Positions 23,372 to 36,012 of a stretch of 64,000 nt of DNA are shown here, piece after piece (the stretch's first letter is position 1; each line of letters begins with the position of its first letter). Source of the DNA: Octopus sinensis (taxonomy: Eukaryota); contig NC_042997.1 of assembly GCF_006345805.1 (NCBI RefSeq), positions 210,614,001-210,678,000 of the forward strand. Direction: 5' to 3'. The position numbers were made by a program, and so were the translations under genes. A model generated the notes under the pieces. It ran no database searches. It was not told the origin of the DNA and saw only the letters and a list, made by a program, of their open reading frames with translations.

Positions 23372-23615
23372 GACGAAAAGGCCGCGAGCTGGCAGAAACG
23401 TTAGCAAGCCGGGCGAAATGCTTTGTGGTATTTCGTCCGCCGCTGCGTTCTGAGTTCAAATTCCGCCGAGGTTCACTTTGCCTTTCATCCTTTCGGGGTT
23501 GATTAAATAAGTACCAGTTACGCACTGGGGTCGATGTAATCGACTTAATCCGTTTGTCTGTCCTTGTTTGTCCCCTCTGTGTATAGCCCCTCGTAGGTTG
23601 TAAAGAGAAAGAAAT
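23372..23615 (+). mobile_element. SINE family C, full length
   Basis: ggccgcgagctggcagaaacgttagc..gagttcaaattccgcc..tagcccctcgtagg..aaagaaatag. Confidence 0.88.
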
Positions 23616-24499
23616 AGAAATAAGTGGGGGACGAAGACACCCCCCACACATTCATCAAAAGCCAGTGGCATAAGAATGGGCATTGAAAAGGTGATAACGC
23701 TGACGGTGCTTCAGCATGACCATAACCTTTGGACTGGAACACATAAAGAATATATATTCAGTTACGAATTAAAAACAGCGCTAATGTTGTAAACGCTATC
23801 GACCACGCATACTGAATGTATGTTTTGCTTGTTCGCCAGTTCACTGTTGTACACTGCTTTGGGTATGACTGCTTCATAGCATTGGATATGAAGACACACG
23901 AACGTTAGAGAGAAGCGAGACAACTCTCCCCTCAGTCCCATCCAGAAGTGATGGGTACCGTATTTCACCATTTTTGGTTCTTACTCTATTTGTATTTAGT
24001 CAAAGACTGGCGATTCAGTTCGATTTAGGCAAGTGATGTTGATAAGCCGCATAAATGGCGAAATAGTGACATCCATCACCCTTGGACGGTTCTGGATGCG
24101 AGTTGCTTCGCCTCTCTATTACTTTCAGGTATTTTAATACCCAGTGTTAAGAGGGAGTCGTCCCCAAAGAGCCATGTTGCAGTGCACCGGCGAACAAACA
24201 AAACGCATTCATTGCGTATGTTTGTCTCTCTGTCTGTCTGTCTGTATCACGTGACCGACCAGGCTATCAGATATTGTTACACATCACTGGTCACAATGCG
24301 CTTCTGCATTGTTTTAGCCTTCAAATGACACAACCCAGCTGATTAGGCGAGCAGGCCAAATATTCCCCCCTCCCCAATCAAAAGGGGGAAAGAAGCAATA
24401 TGAAAAGAAATATTTTGGTCAAGATGTTTGAAGAGCAAGTTCTGCTTCAAGGAAGCAAGGAAGGTGCTGCAAGGTTGCAGCGTGTTGTCTTTCTTTATT

Positions 24500-25780
24500 T
24501 CTTTCTTTCTTTCTTTGGCATTTTGCTACGAAATCCAGGATGTTTTCCTTCTTAGAGATTTTTGATTCCTTTGTTGACTCCTGAGGTCTTTCTTGCTGTT
24601 CCATCTTCACCTAACTTTTCCCAAGTCTTTACAGCGATGTGGCCCTTGGTCAGGCTGCTCTTACATGTGTCCTTCAATCTCAGCTTTGGTCGTCCCCTGG
24701 GTCTGCTACCCCAAGCCAACTCACCCTATAACAATTGTTTAATAATTCTGTTGCCATCCACCCGCTTCACATGTCCAAGACATTCTCGGTCTCTTTTTGC
24801 GCAGAATAGTTGTCACGCTCGCAAGTGCTGCCTGTTTCACGACTTCTGTGTTTGTTACTTTCTCTTGCCAGGAGATGCCAACGATCATGTGCAGGCATCT
24901 TAAAACGAAAGACATTGAGCTTCTCTTGTACTGCTTTTAGTGTCCAGATCTCTGATCCATAGACGAGGCTGCTCAGCATGAATGCTCCATAAATCCCGAG
25001 TTTGGTTCTCACTGTAAGCATCTTGCTTTTCCATGCTTTTTCTTTTGAGTTTACCAAAGGCTGTTGCAGCTATTCCTGTCCTATCACATATTTCGTTGGT
25101 GGAGGCACATGGCCTAGTGGTTAGAGCAGCGGACTCGCGGTCGAGGGATCGCGGGTTCGAATCTCAGACCGGGCAATGTGTGTGTTTATGAGCAAAACAC
25201 CTAAGCTCCATGCGGCTCCGGCAGAAGGTAATGGCGAACTTCTGCTGACTCTTTCGCCACAAATCTCTCTCACTCTTTCCTCCTGCATCTAGCAGCTCAC
25301 CTGCGATGGACCGGCGTCCCGTCCAGGTGGGGAACCTATACGCCAAGGAAACCGGGAAACCGGCCCTTATGAGCCAGGCATGGCTCAAGAAGGAACAAAC
25401 AACAACATATTTCGTTGTCTAGGCAGGTTATCGAAGCCATTCTGGACTCAAGAAAGCAGAATTTCTTTACAACCTCCAATGGCTTGTTGTCCTGCATGAT
25501 ATTGCCTTGAGTTGCACCACCTTTTGTCAGAACGAGGGTCTTCTTGATGCTGATTACAAGAGAAAATGGCTTGCAGGCTTGTGAAAGGTGCTCCATCATT
25601 GCCTGTAGAGACGACTTAATGTGAGCAACCAGTGCTGCATCATCTGCAGAGCGGAGATCTCTTATCAAGGTTGACTTGGTCTTGGTTTTTTCTGTGAGGT
25701 GTCCAAGGATTGAAAAAGGGACCCGCCGGTTCACCTGTAAAAGCAGACTTCTTCTGGAGATTCGTTGAAGACAAATTGCA
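24500..25780 (-). pseudogene. RTE (BovB-like) RT fragment interrupted by a SINE
   Basis: LIRDLRSADDAALVAH..ACKPFSLVISIKKTLV..LEVVKKFCFL, then TKLGIYGAFMLSSLVYGSEIWTL on the other side of the SINE. Confidence 0.85.
25099..25404 (+). mobile_element. tRNA-derived SINE of a third family, with 13-bp TSD
   Basis: TSD acatatttcgttg at 25086-25098 and 25405-25417; A box tggcctagtgg, B box ggttcgaatct; body cctgcgatggaccggcgtcccgtccagg; (AAC)n tail. Confidence 0.92.
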
Positions 25781-26229
25781 ACAGTATCTATGGATGTATA
25801 TCTCCATACATACATACATACATACATGCATACATACATACATACATACATACATACATACATACATACATACATACATACATACATACATCTATGTATG
25901 TATATCGCCATACATACATACCAGTGAAGACAATAAAATGTAAGCACAACAGACCTGATATAATGATTTGGGATAGCGAAGAGAAACTCTGTATGTATAT
26001 ATATGTATGTATATATATATATGTGTGTGTGCATATATATGTATATACATGTATTATATATATGTATTTAAAAAAAAAATTTTTCTAGTTTCAGCTCAGA
26101 GCTGCGGCCATGCTGATGCACCGTCGTTTTGTGCTACACTGCTATTACGACGAACCTCGTCTAATATGTGGTACTTGGTGAAGAATGGAGTTTGATATAG
26201 CTACTCTCATTTGCACCTCTTGCCGTGAG

Positions 26230-27160
26230 GTAGGTTCATCTGGGACTCTCGAGGAAGATGTCCAGCTTTGATTTAAAAACCGCTACATCTACTTTGTGCA
26301 GTTCCTCAGACTCTTTGGAGAATATTAAAAAGCTGTGGGCCCTTGAAACCCAGGCTGTTGCAGAAGCTGGTCCTGAAGCGTGATGGCATTGCTGGGATCT
26401 TTGGCACTATGCAGTGTCGTCCCTTTCTAGCATTGGTGTAGCTTACAATGCCAAAATTTGGCACAATTCCTTCCAGGATCTTCCAGACATATATTACTGC
26501 ATACCTCTCCCGTCTTCTCTCCAGGGAGTAGAGTCTTAGCTGTTTCAACCTTAGCTGAGCTGTTGCAAAGAGACGATCTTATTTGTGAATCTTCTCTGGA
26601 TTACTTCAAGGTCCGCTATTAATTTTACACTGGTGGTTGACCATAGCTGTGAGCAGTAATCCAGGCGACTGAGGACGAATGTCCGCCAGAGGACCATCAT
26701 GGTTTCCTTATCTCTGGTTCTGAATGTTCTTAGGATCCACCCAGCCAGTCGTCTGCACTTTGTCGCCATCCTGGTAATGGGCACTTGGAAAGAGGTATCA
26801 TCACTCATGTCGATACCCAGATCCCTCACAGACTTAGGCTCTGGGATTGAAATTCCCTGTGGACCAGTGTATCCTGTAAGTTTAATATTCAGTTTTGGAT
26901 GCTGGTAGCGCAGGGCCTGGAATTTTTCAGCATTAAACTGCATATTATTATCCTCAGCCCATCTGTAGATTGAGTCCAACTCCTGCTGCAGGTGTGCAAC
27001 ATCGCTGGGGTTCTGTATTTTCTGCCTCAACACCCAGTCATAATGCTGTAAGAGCTGATTCAGGCAGCTCCTACCTGGTCGAAAACGTTGCTGGGTATCA
27101 CTCAGCAAGTTATTTTCCTCAAGGAATGCGATTGGTTTCTTTCTGACTATCCGTTCCATG
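26230..27160 (-). pseudogene. CR1/L2-group LINE 3' part, internally deleted RT, one frameshift
   Basis: ERIV..LLSDTQQRFRPGRSCLNQLL is joined directly to LQQELDSIYRWAEDNNMQFNAEKFQ; RDLGI, SRLDYCSQLW and YSLERRRER follow. Confidence 0.9.
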
Positions 27161-27198
27161 ACTTTGCATATATATATATATAATATATTATATATATA

Positions 27199-27229
<31 letters not shown>

Positions 27230-27707
27230 ATAATAATATTAGGGATATAATATATAAATATATTTATAAGGGTAGAAAAAAAAATCATATTAGGATTAAA
27301 TATAATTTTATAGTAAAATATTTAAAAATATTATTGATAAAATACTATTTTGCAAAATAAATATAGGATAGATATAATCAATATATAATATTATAAATAT
27401 AAAAAATATATATAATATATATATATTGATATATATATATTAGTATTATATAATTCAGTTACAAATTTATAACTGAATTATTGGAAGTATATATAAGATT
27501 GTCGATCAAGATAATAAACGATATAGTGGCGGTTTTTTGATATTTATTAAATTTTATTATTGATTATAGTATTTATGTTTGTTTGGCATAAATATGTTTT
27601 GTCTCAAATTATATATTTATATATATATATATATATATGTTATATATATATATATATATATATATGTATTATATATATATATTATTATATATATATCTAT
27701 ATATATG

Positions 27708-27741
<34 letters not shown>

Positions 27742-28094
27742 TAATATATATATATATTATATATATATATGTTATATATATATATATGTATTATATATAT
27801 ATATATCTCTTATACTCTAAAAGAAGTAAAAGAGTATAAAGAGATATATATATAATATATATATATAGGTTATATTCTATAGGATATAGAATTATATATA
27901 TGTATATATATATATATATATGGATGTATTAGATATATATATGATATGTTATATACATATGTATATATATATATATATATGTTAATATAATAGGTATAGC
28001 ATAATATATTATATATATGTATATATAGGTGGATTCACAAATATATATATGTATATATATATATCGTAATATAACATTATATATATATAGATAT

Positions 28095-28146
<52 letters not shown>

Positions 28147-28153
28147 TATATAG

Positions 28154-28185
<32 letters not shown>

Positions 28186-28204
28186 TATTATATATATGTA
28201 TATA

Positions 28205-28244
<40 letters not shown>

Positions 28245-28566
28245 GTAATATTATGTATATATATATGTATATATATATATATGTATATATATATATGTAT
28301 ATATATAGTATATATATATATAGATCGTATCAGATATAAGCAAGATATTTTATAGATTTAGATGTATTATCATATATAGATGTATATATATATGTAAATA
28401 TATAGATTCTATATATATATAGGTTAGATATAGATATGTAATATATAGTACTATATCTATATTAGGTTATATATATGATAATATAGATATATTATCTATA
28501 TATATATATGTATATATTATATATAGTTAATATATTATATATATATGTATATATAATATATATATT

Positions 28567-28614
<48 letters not shown>

Positions 28615-28615
28615 G

Positions 28616-28690
<75 letters not shown>

Positions 28691-28780
28691 TATGATATAT
28701 ATTATGTATATATATATATTATATGTATATATTATTATCTTATATATATTGTATATATCCTTATTATGTAATAATATTAG

Positions 28781-28812
<32 letters not shown>

Positions 28813-28916
28813 ATATGTATATGAATATATATATATGTATATATCATATGCATATGTTATGTATATGTATATATATATATATATGTATATGTAATATATA
28901 TATATATATATATATG

Positions 28917-28973
<57 letters not shown>

Positions 28974-29101
28974 TATATATGTATATGTTATGGTATAATA
29001 TATATATATAATGTATATATATATAATATATATGTATATATATATATATATATATATTATGTATATATATATATATATATATGTATATATTATATATATA
29101 T

Positions 29102-29162
<61 letters not shown>

Positions 29163-29269
29163 ATATAATATATAATATATATATGTATATATATAATATA
29201 TATATATATAATTATATATATATATATATTATATATATTATATATATATATATATATATGGATATATAT

Positions 29270-29357
<88 letters not shown>

Positions 29358-29400
29358 CATATATGTATGAATGTATATATATATATATATGTTTGCATGA
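27160..29400. repeat. Very long degenerate (TA)n/(TATG)n array
   Basis: About 2.2 kb, mostly AT dinucleotide; the YI-repeat ORFs here are artefacts. Confidence 0.95.
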
Positions 29401-29499
29401 GCTATTAAGTTAGACATGACCTGGGCCACTACTGGCCAAAACCTTTCTAAGTTATATGTATATATATATATATATATATACTTTGATACCTTGATACTT

Positions 29500-31450
29500 T
29501 GATAGGTTTCGGCCATTATTGGCCCAGGCCATGTCTAACTTAATAGCACCACCTGGTGAAGTCTTTCAAGTCAGATTTTGGGCACTATGGCCCACTCAAG
29601 TAGAGAGTTATTGTTTACAGAGACATATCCGGGTGTAGGGAGTTTATCCGGGATTTCTTGAAGGAATCTGTCCAAAGACTTCTTGAACCCTATAGGGTCA
29701 GTTTCTGTTTTAATGTGTTTTGGTGTAATGTTAAAGAGAGCGGGGCCAATTGAAGTGAAATAATTGTGCCGTATTGTTGTTATGAGATGAGAGTGCGATT
29801 TTTGTTTTGGGCGGATGGCACGGGGCCCAAGCCTTGGATGTACCTTAAAGGTGATGCCAACATCATTTGGGCAATGCTGATGGAATATTTTCCACATCAT
29901 GCAGATGATGTAGCGCTCACGACGACGTTGGAGAGAATAGAGAGTTTAGCTTTTCTAGTCGACCCCAATAGTCGAGGCCTGTCATGCCATCTATCTTTTT
30001 TGTGATTGCCCTTTGAGTGTGCTTCAACTTTTATGATACCTTGTATTGTGTGGGGAGACCACAGTGGACAACAGTATTCAAGGTGGGGTCGGGCAAAAGT
30101 GGAGAAGAGAAGGATAATGGTGTGGATATCTCTCGACTGGAAAGTTCTGAGAATCCAGGAACACATTCTGCGGGCCATGTCAACTTTGGTGTTTATATGA
30201 GTGGCCCAGCTTATGTTGTTGTCCACAATTACTCCCAAGTCTCTGATGTTGTTGGACGCCGCGAGAGTTTCACCTGAAGGAAGGGAGTATGGGAGTTTCA
30301 GGGCATCCTCTTTTCCAAAGTGGATTAACTCAAATTTATCCTCGTTCAGCAGCATATTGTTTTTTTCTGCCCATTGGATAACAGCCAGTAGATCTGACTG
30401 AAGGCATGTCCGGTCCTCGCTCATTTATGACCCTCTGTAGCTTGGAATCATCTGCAAAGATTTTTATGTTGCTGTGCTTGATGATGTCATTAATGTCATT
30501 AATGTAATGATTGATGAAAAGAAGTGGGCCCAGCACAGTGTCTTGCGGAACGCCACTACTGACTTGGGGGGGCTTGATTACCCTTCAACTACAACATGTT
30601 GAGATCTGTCTGTCAGGAAACACTTGATCCATTTCAGTAACTTTCCAGAGACACCAATGTTGGATAGTTTTTTCAATAGGATCTTGTGATCGACCCTGTC
30701 GAAGGCCTTACTGAAATCAAGGTAGATGACATCGGTGTTGGAGCCCTCTCCCAAAGCTCTCAAAATGTCCTCAAAGTGATGCAGGAGCTGCGTTAGGCAG
30801 TCCCTTCCATTACGGAACCCATGTTGGTTGGAGATCAGCCGTCTGTTGCTTTCCAGAAATTGGGTTATTCGAGATCTCACCACCCTCTCAAATACCTTGA
30901 TGATATGAGAGGTGAGTGAGATCGACGGTAGTTCACTGCAAGGGACTTGTTTCCCTTTTGTTGAAAACTGGGACAACAGACTGGGACAGAAGGTTTTTTT
31001 GGAATATAGCCAGCATCCAGTGAGTTTCTCCACAGATTAGCAAGGGGAGATGCAAGTGGTGTGTCGACACACCTTCAGGACACAAGCAGGGAACCTATCG
31101 GGGCCTACTGCTGAATTGTGTTTATTTCGTTTATCGCCGCTAAGACATCAGGGGCACTAAACGTTATGTCCGATATAGTGTGTTGGGGGTTGACATCACT
31201 GATACAGCCCAGATCGGCCATATCAGGATTGCTGAAAACAGAGCAGTATTGTTTCTGCAGTATCTCGGCCATGGATTTGGCGTTATCTTGGAGAGTGCCA
31301 GTTTCATCAATTAGAGGGCCAACAATGGAGACAGTGACCCTGCGTTTCCTCGCAAATGAAAAGAACACTTTGGGGTTGAGTTTGATTTTTTTCAATGGCC
31401 CACTTCTCCTCAGCTGATCTTTGGTTATTGATGAGGGTCTTCATGCATTG
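29500..31450 (-). pseudogene. CR1/L2-group LINE (second subfamily), RT to 3' UTR, many frameshifts
   Basis: SLTSHIIKVFERV, QHGFRNGRDCLTQLL, YLDFSKAFDRVDH, LGPLLF, IFADDSKL, RDLGVIVD, RPHLEYCCPLWSP, FKKSLDRFLQEIPD. Confidence 0.93.
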
Positions 31451-31479
31451 TTGGAGGTTATATTTTTTGGATTCAAGCA

Positions 31480-32115
31480 GTGTGTGTGTGTGTATGTATG
31501 TGTGATGTATGTGTGTATGTATGTGTGTGTGTATATGTATGTATGTATGTGTGAATGTAGGTATGTATGTACGCATGTGTTACATATATATGTGCTTGTT
31601 CCTGTGTATGTATATATATATGTATGTATGTATATATATATATATGTAAGTATATATATATGTAAGTATATATATATATATATGTAAGTATATATATATA
31701 TATGTATATATATGTATGTATATATATATGTATGTATGTATATATATATATGTATGTATATATGTATGTTATATATATATATATATATGTATGTGTATAT
31801 ATATGTATGTATATATATATATTATATATATATATATATATGTATTATATATGTATGTGTATATATATATGCATGTGTATATGTATATATATGTATATTA
31901 TATGTTTCTATATATATATTTATATGTATGTATATATATATATATTATGTATATAGGTATGTATATATATATATTATATAATATATATATATATATATAT
32001 GTATGTATATATATATGTATGTATATATATATGTATGTATATATATATGTATGTATATATATATGCATGTATATATATATATTATATATATATGTATGTA
32101 TATATATATTGCATG

Positions 32116-32174
<59 letters not shown>

Positions 32175-32261
32175 GCATGTGTATATATATGCATGTGTAT
32201 ATATATGTATGTATATATATATGTATGTATGCATCTATTTATGTATGTATATATGTATGCA

Positions 32262-32304
<43 letters not shown>

Positions 32305-32385
32305 ATGTATATATGTGTGTATGTATATATATATATATGTATATATGTATGTATGTATGTTATGTATATATTATCATTGTGTGGC
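31480..32385. repeat. Compound (TG)/(TA)/(TATG)n microsatellite
   Basis: Low-complexity array. Confidence 0.95.
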
Positions 32386-32623
32386 TGAGATAGGGGAACG
32401 GGTTGCGAGGTTGTGAGAGGAGGTTTCAGATCGATATAGCATCCTCTCACTTAACCTTTTAAAAATGTATTTGCGGAAGCCTCATCATTGAGCTAATTTC
32501 CAGCAGCCAGATAAAGCGGCAGCGCCTGATGATGGAACGACTATCTCTGGTGAGGGCCTAAGTGGGGAGAGGGAGCACGCGGGCGGGGGGGGGGGGGGAG
32601 GACTTAACCAGAAACTGTTACGA

Positions 32624-32709
32624 ATGGAAAGATTGGCACCATTTCATTGGCTTCTTGTATTATTAAACATTTTCCTAGCATCGAGATGTACTTCCACCTA
32701 CATTCTCCC
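32624..32709 (+). CDS. Candidate secreted-protein gene, coding exon 1 (signal peptide)
   Basis: MERLAPFHWLLVLLNIFLASRCTSTYIL(P): charged N-terminus, hydrophobic core, small-residue cleavage region; donor cc|gtatgc, phase 2. Confidence 0.6.
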
Positions 32710-32903
32710 GTATGCGGATAGATGTGTATTTGTCTTGTATGTGTGTGTGTATGTGTGTGTATGTATGTATGTGTGTGTGTGTAGGTGTGTAGGTGTGTAT
32801 GTATGCATGTGTTACATATATATGTGCTTGTTCCTGTGTATGTATTATATATGTATATATGTATATATATATATATATATAGTATGTAGTATATATATAT
32901 ATG

Positions 32904-32978
<75 letters not shown>

Positions 32979-33929
32979 TATGTATAAACAATAAATTGAA
33001 TAGATATGTAGTGAATCTTGCATGCATGAAGTGGATTCGATCCACCATAGCCAAATTTAAATTAACACTACTACAGAACTTTTCCCATGGTGGAACAATG
33101 GTTTTTCTCTGACAGCAGTTTTACATTTTCCAGATGCCATTAGCTAGGCTGAAATGTCTTCACCACTTGACCTTTTCTAACCTCTTCTACTTCACCAAAA
33201 GCTAGAGTAGAGATAACAAGACCACCAACTAAATATATTGTTCTCAATGATATATCTATCCTTCTGGATAGTTATATAAGCAATTACAACCCAAGCAAAA
33301 ATCAGTTAGTCACCAGCCGGTGACGACTCAACCAAGTTCGTCACAGTCGTGATGACCCAACGGAGTTAGTCACAGTCGGTGACGACTCATCGAGGTCTGG
33401 CTGACCAACCTTGGTCAGAGGGAGAAAGCAACTGTGATACAACACCCTACAATTCTCTCTAGCTCTAATTCTGTCCTCTTACAACATCATTCTATCTCTC
33501 TCTGTAATTACTACTACTAAACATTGAAGAGGACACAATCACAAACTTTACTTCGCATGCTTTTGGATGTATCAAATCCTACCCGTCGAGGCAAGGTATT
33601 GTAACGTAACGGTAAATAAATACTATCTTAAAACGTCATGCATTGTTCATCTTTCACATCTTACAACTTACCATCCTACTACAGTATGCGATTATAACAA
33701 CAACTTTTTATCGTCACAACTGCTGACTCCGACATTTCATATTGATATTTACCAATCTATTTCTACCGTTACAGATATAAATGACAATCTAATAATTTAT
33801 TTATATTATAATGTAACATAATATACTATGAATATAATAGAATATAACATAAACAAAAAAAGCCAACAATTTGTTTCGACTTGTATACATTTTTTGATAT
33901 ATAAACAATTCAATTCCCTTATATATATA

Positions 33930-34140
33930 TGTCTCATCAGGGCAATTGGTGTGTAGATAGACGAAATTCCGTGTGAGAGAATTGCTGAATTGTAACGAAA
34001 GAAGCCAGTGAGATCCGTGGAGATTTAGTCCGAAAGAGTACAAAGATCCAACGATAATCCGGGTTGAGTGCTGATATGTGGATGAGGAGAGGTATTGAAA
34101 GTTCGGGAAGTGGTTAAGATGTGCAAATCCAAGGAAGTTC
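33930..34140 (-). mobile_element. Possible decayed PLE 3' fragment
   Basis: Unique minus-strand stretch reading ..IIVGSLYSFGLNL.. and ending in an isolated CTGATGAG; only weak resemblance to PLE C-termini. Confidence 0.25.
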
Positions 34141-34194
34141 AGTCAGGGTCACACTGGGGTAACCACGCGAGCGTATAATATATAGCTGAAATTT

Positions 34195-34320
34195 GCAGAC
34201 AAGCAAAACACGAAGACAGGTGTAGGAATATTAAGCAAGTGTAGTAGTTGAACGCTTGGGAAAAATGGAGAAGTCTTTCACGTTTCGAACCTACGCTCTT
34301 CGACAGAAAGGAATAAGCGA
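34195..34320 (-). mobile_element. PLE-type short repeat with minimal HHR motif (CUGUCGA core, G at cleavage site)
   Basis: cttt-CTGTCGA-a-gagc gtag gttc-GAA-ACGT-G-aaaga at 34274-34310. Confidence 0.65.
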
Positions 34321-34324
34321 AAAT

Positions 34325-34378
<54 letters not shown>

Positions 34379-34509
34379 ATGAAAGAAATGGAGAGAGAAA
34401 AAACTGTAGAGTTCAGCGGTCCAACATGGCGAGATGACTGGAAAAATAGAGGTTGAATATGCACATGTCGGCCTGTCTGTATGTACGTACGTATATATGT
34501 AGGTATTTG

Positions 34510-34912
<403 letters not shown>

Positions 34913-36012
34913 CTACCACTCTGTATATCTACTCATAAACGTACATCCCCCAGACACACACACACACAGCTGTATATGTAAATTGGTATGAAATTCTTCA
35001 CAATATTCCATTTCTGGAAATCTCCAGTTTCACTTCTTCGACGTCATTAATAATGAAACGTTCAATTTCAATTATTCAATTAAGAACAACGGCAACAACA
35101 ACAACAACAACCACAGTAGCAACAATAACAGCAACTAAAAGAATTCTTTAAAAACACGTGAAACACATTAAAAGATTTTTTTTTTCAACTGAAAGGTAAG
35201 AAAGATGAATTAAATGCCATAAATGATGTCATCAACGAACAAATGAATTGAAAAAAAAAACTACCAGCTATATCTCTCGAATGAAAGAAATATATTGATT
35301 TTTATGAAGTTGTGAGGCTATTTTTTTTTCCACCAGCCAGCATCATCTGGCGTGTGTTATGTTGTTGATTTGATCTTCAGATAAGATAGAAGGGAATGGG
35401 GGCGGGCATAGCTGTGTAGTCTGCGATGGAACATGGAGAATTTGGAATATCATTTCAGAAGTCATATTGATTTCTCGGTATTGGTACAAGGCAACCAGTT
35501 TTCAGTCAACGGGACTGATTCCCGTTCCAGTTGATTGGGATTTTATCGGTTATAATTATTCTTTATTGATCTTACCAAGATACTAGGACATAAATTTATA
35601 GGAAAATGCTAGACTAAATCAAGCCCCAACCCCAGTATGTCATTGGTATTTGTTTCCTCAACCCAGGAACGTTGAAAGCAGAGCCAACGCCGCTGTTATC
35701 GGAATATAACCAGAGCATCAGAGGTCATAACTCAAGACGACATCGTACTTTATTCGTCATTCTTTAGTCACTAAAGCTTTATTCAAGGCACCAACGTGTG
35801 TAATAATCTCATTAATGCTGGAAAACATTCAGGTAGGCCGTCGGCACCCAGACCCCTTGCATTCTTGATTGCTGTTGCTAAAATGCTAAGAATATGCCAA
35901 AGAGTTTACGTAAATTCTTTAAAAGTCCAGATGTACAAATATTCTGGCAGGGGAATCTGCGAGTTTCGATGCAGGAGGAGACTTGTGCGTCTGCTTTTAA
36001 GTTGCTTTCCGT

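Noticed and set aside
33304-33392. CRISPR-like array
   Set aside because: The units are contiguous without unique spacers, in a eukaryotic context with no cas genes.
35375-35590. DGTWRIWN, a WD40-like motif in an open frame
   Set aside because: The preceding residues lack the WD40 pattern, there is no good donor and there are no neighbouring repeats.
35789-35990. Small exon-like segments on either strand just before the minisatellite
   Set aside because: Phases do not fit the candidate gene and splice sites are mediocre.
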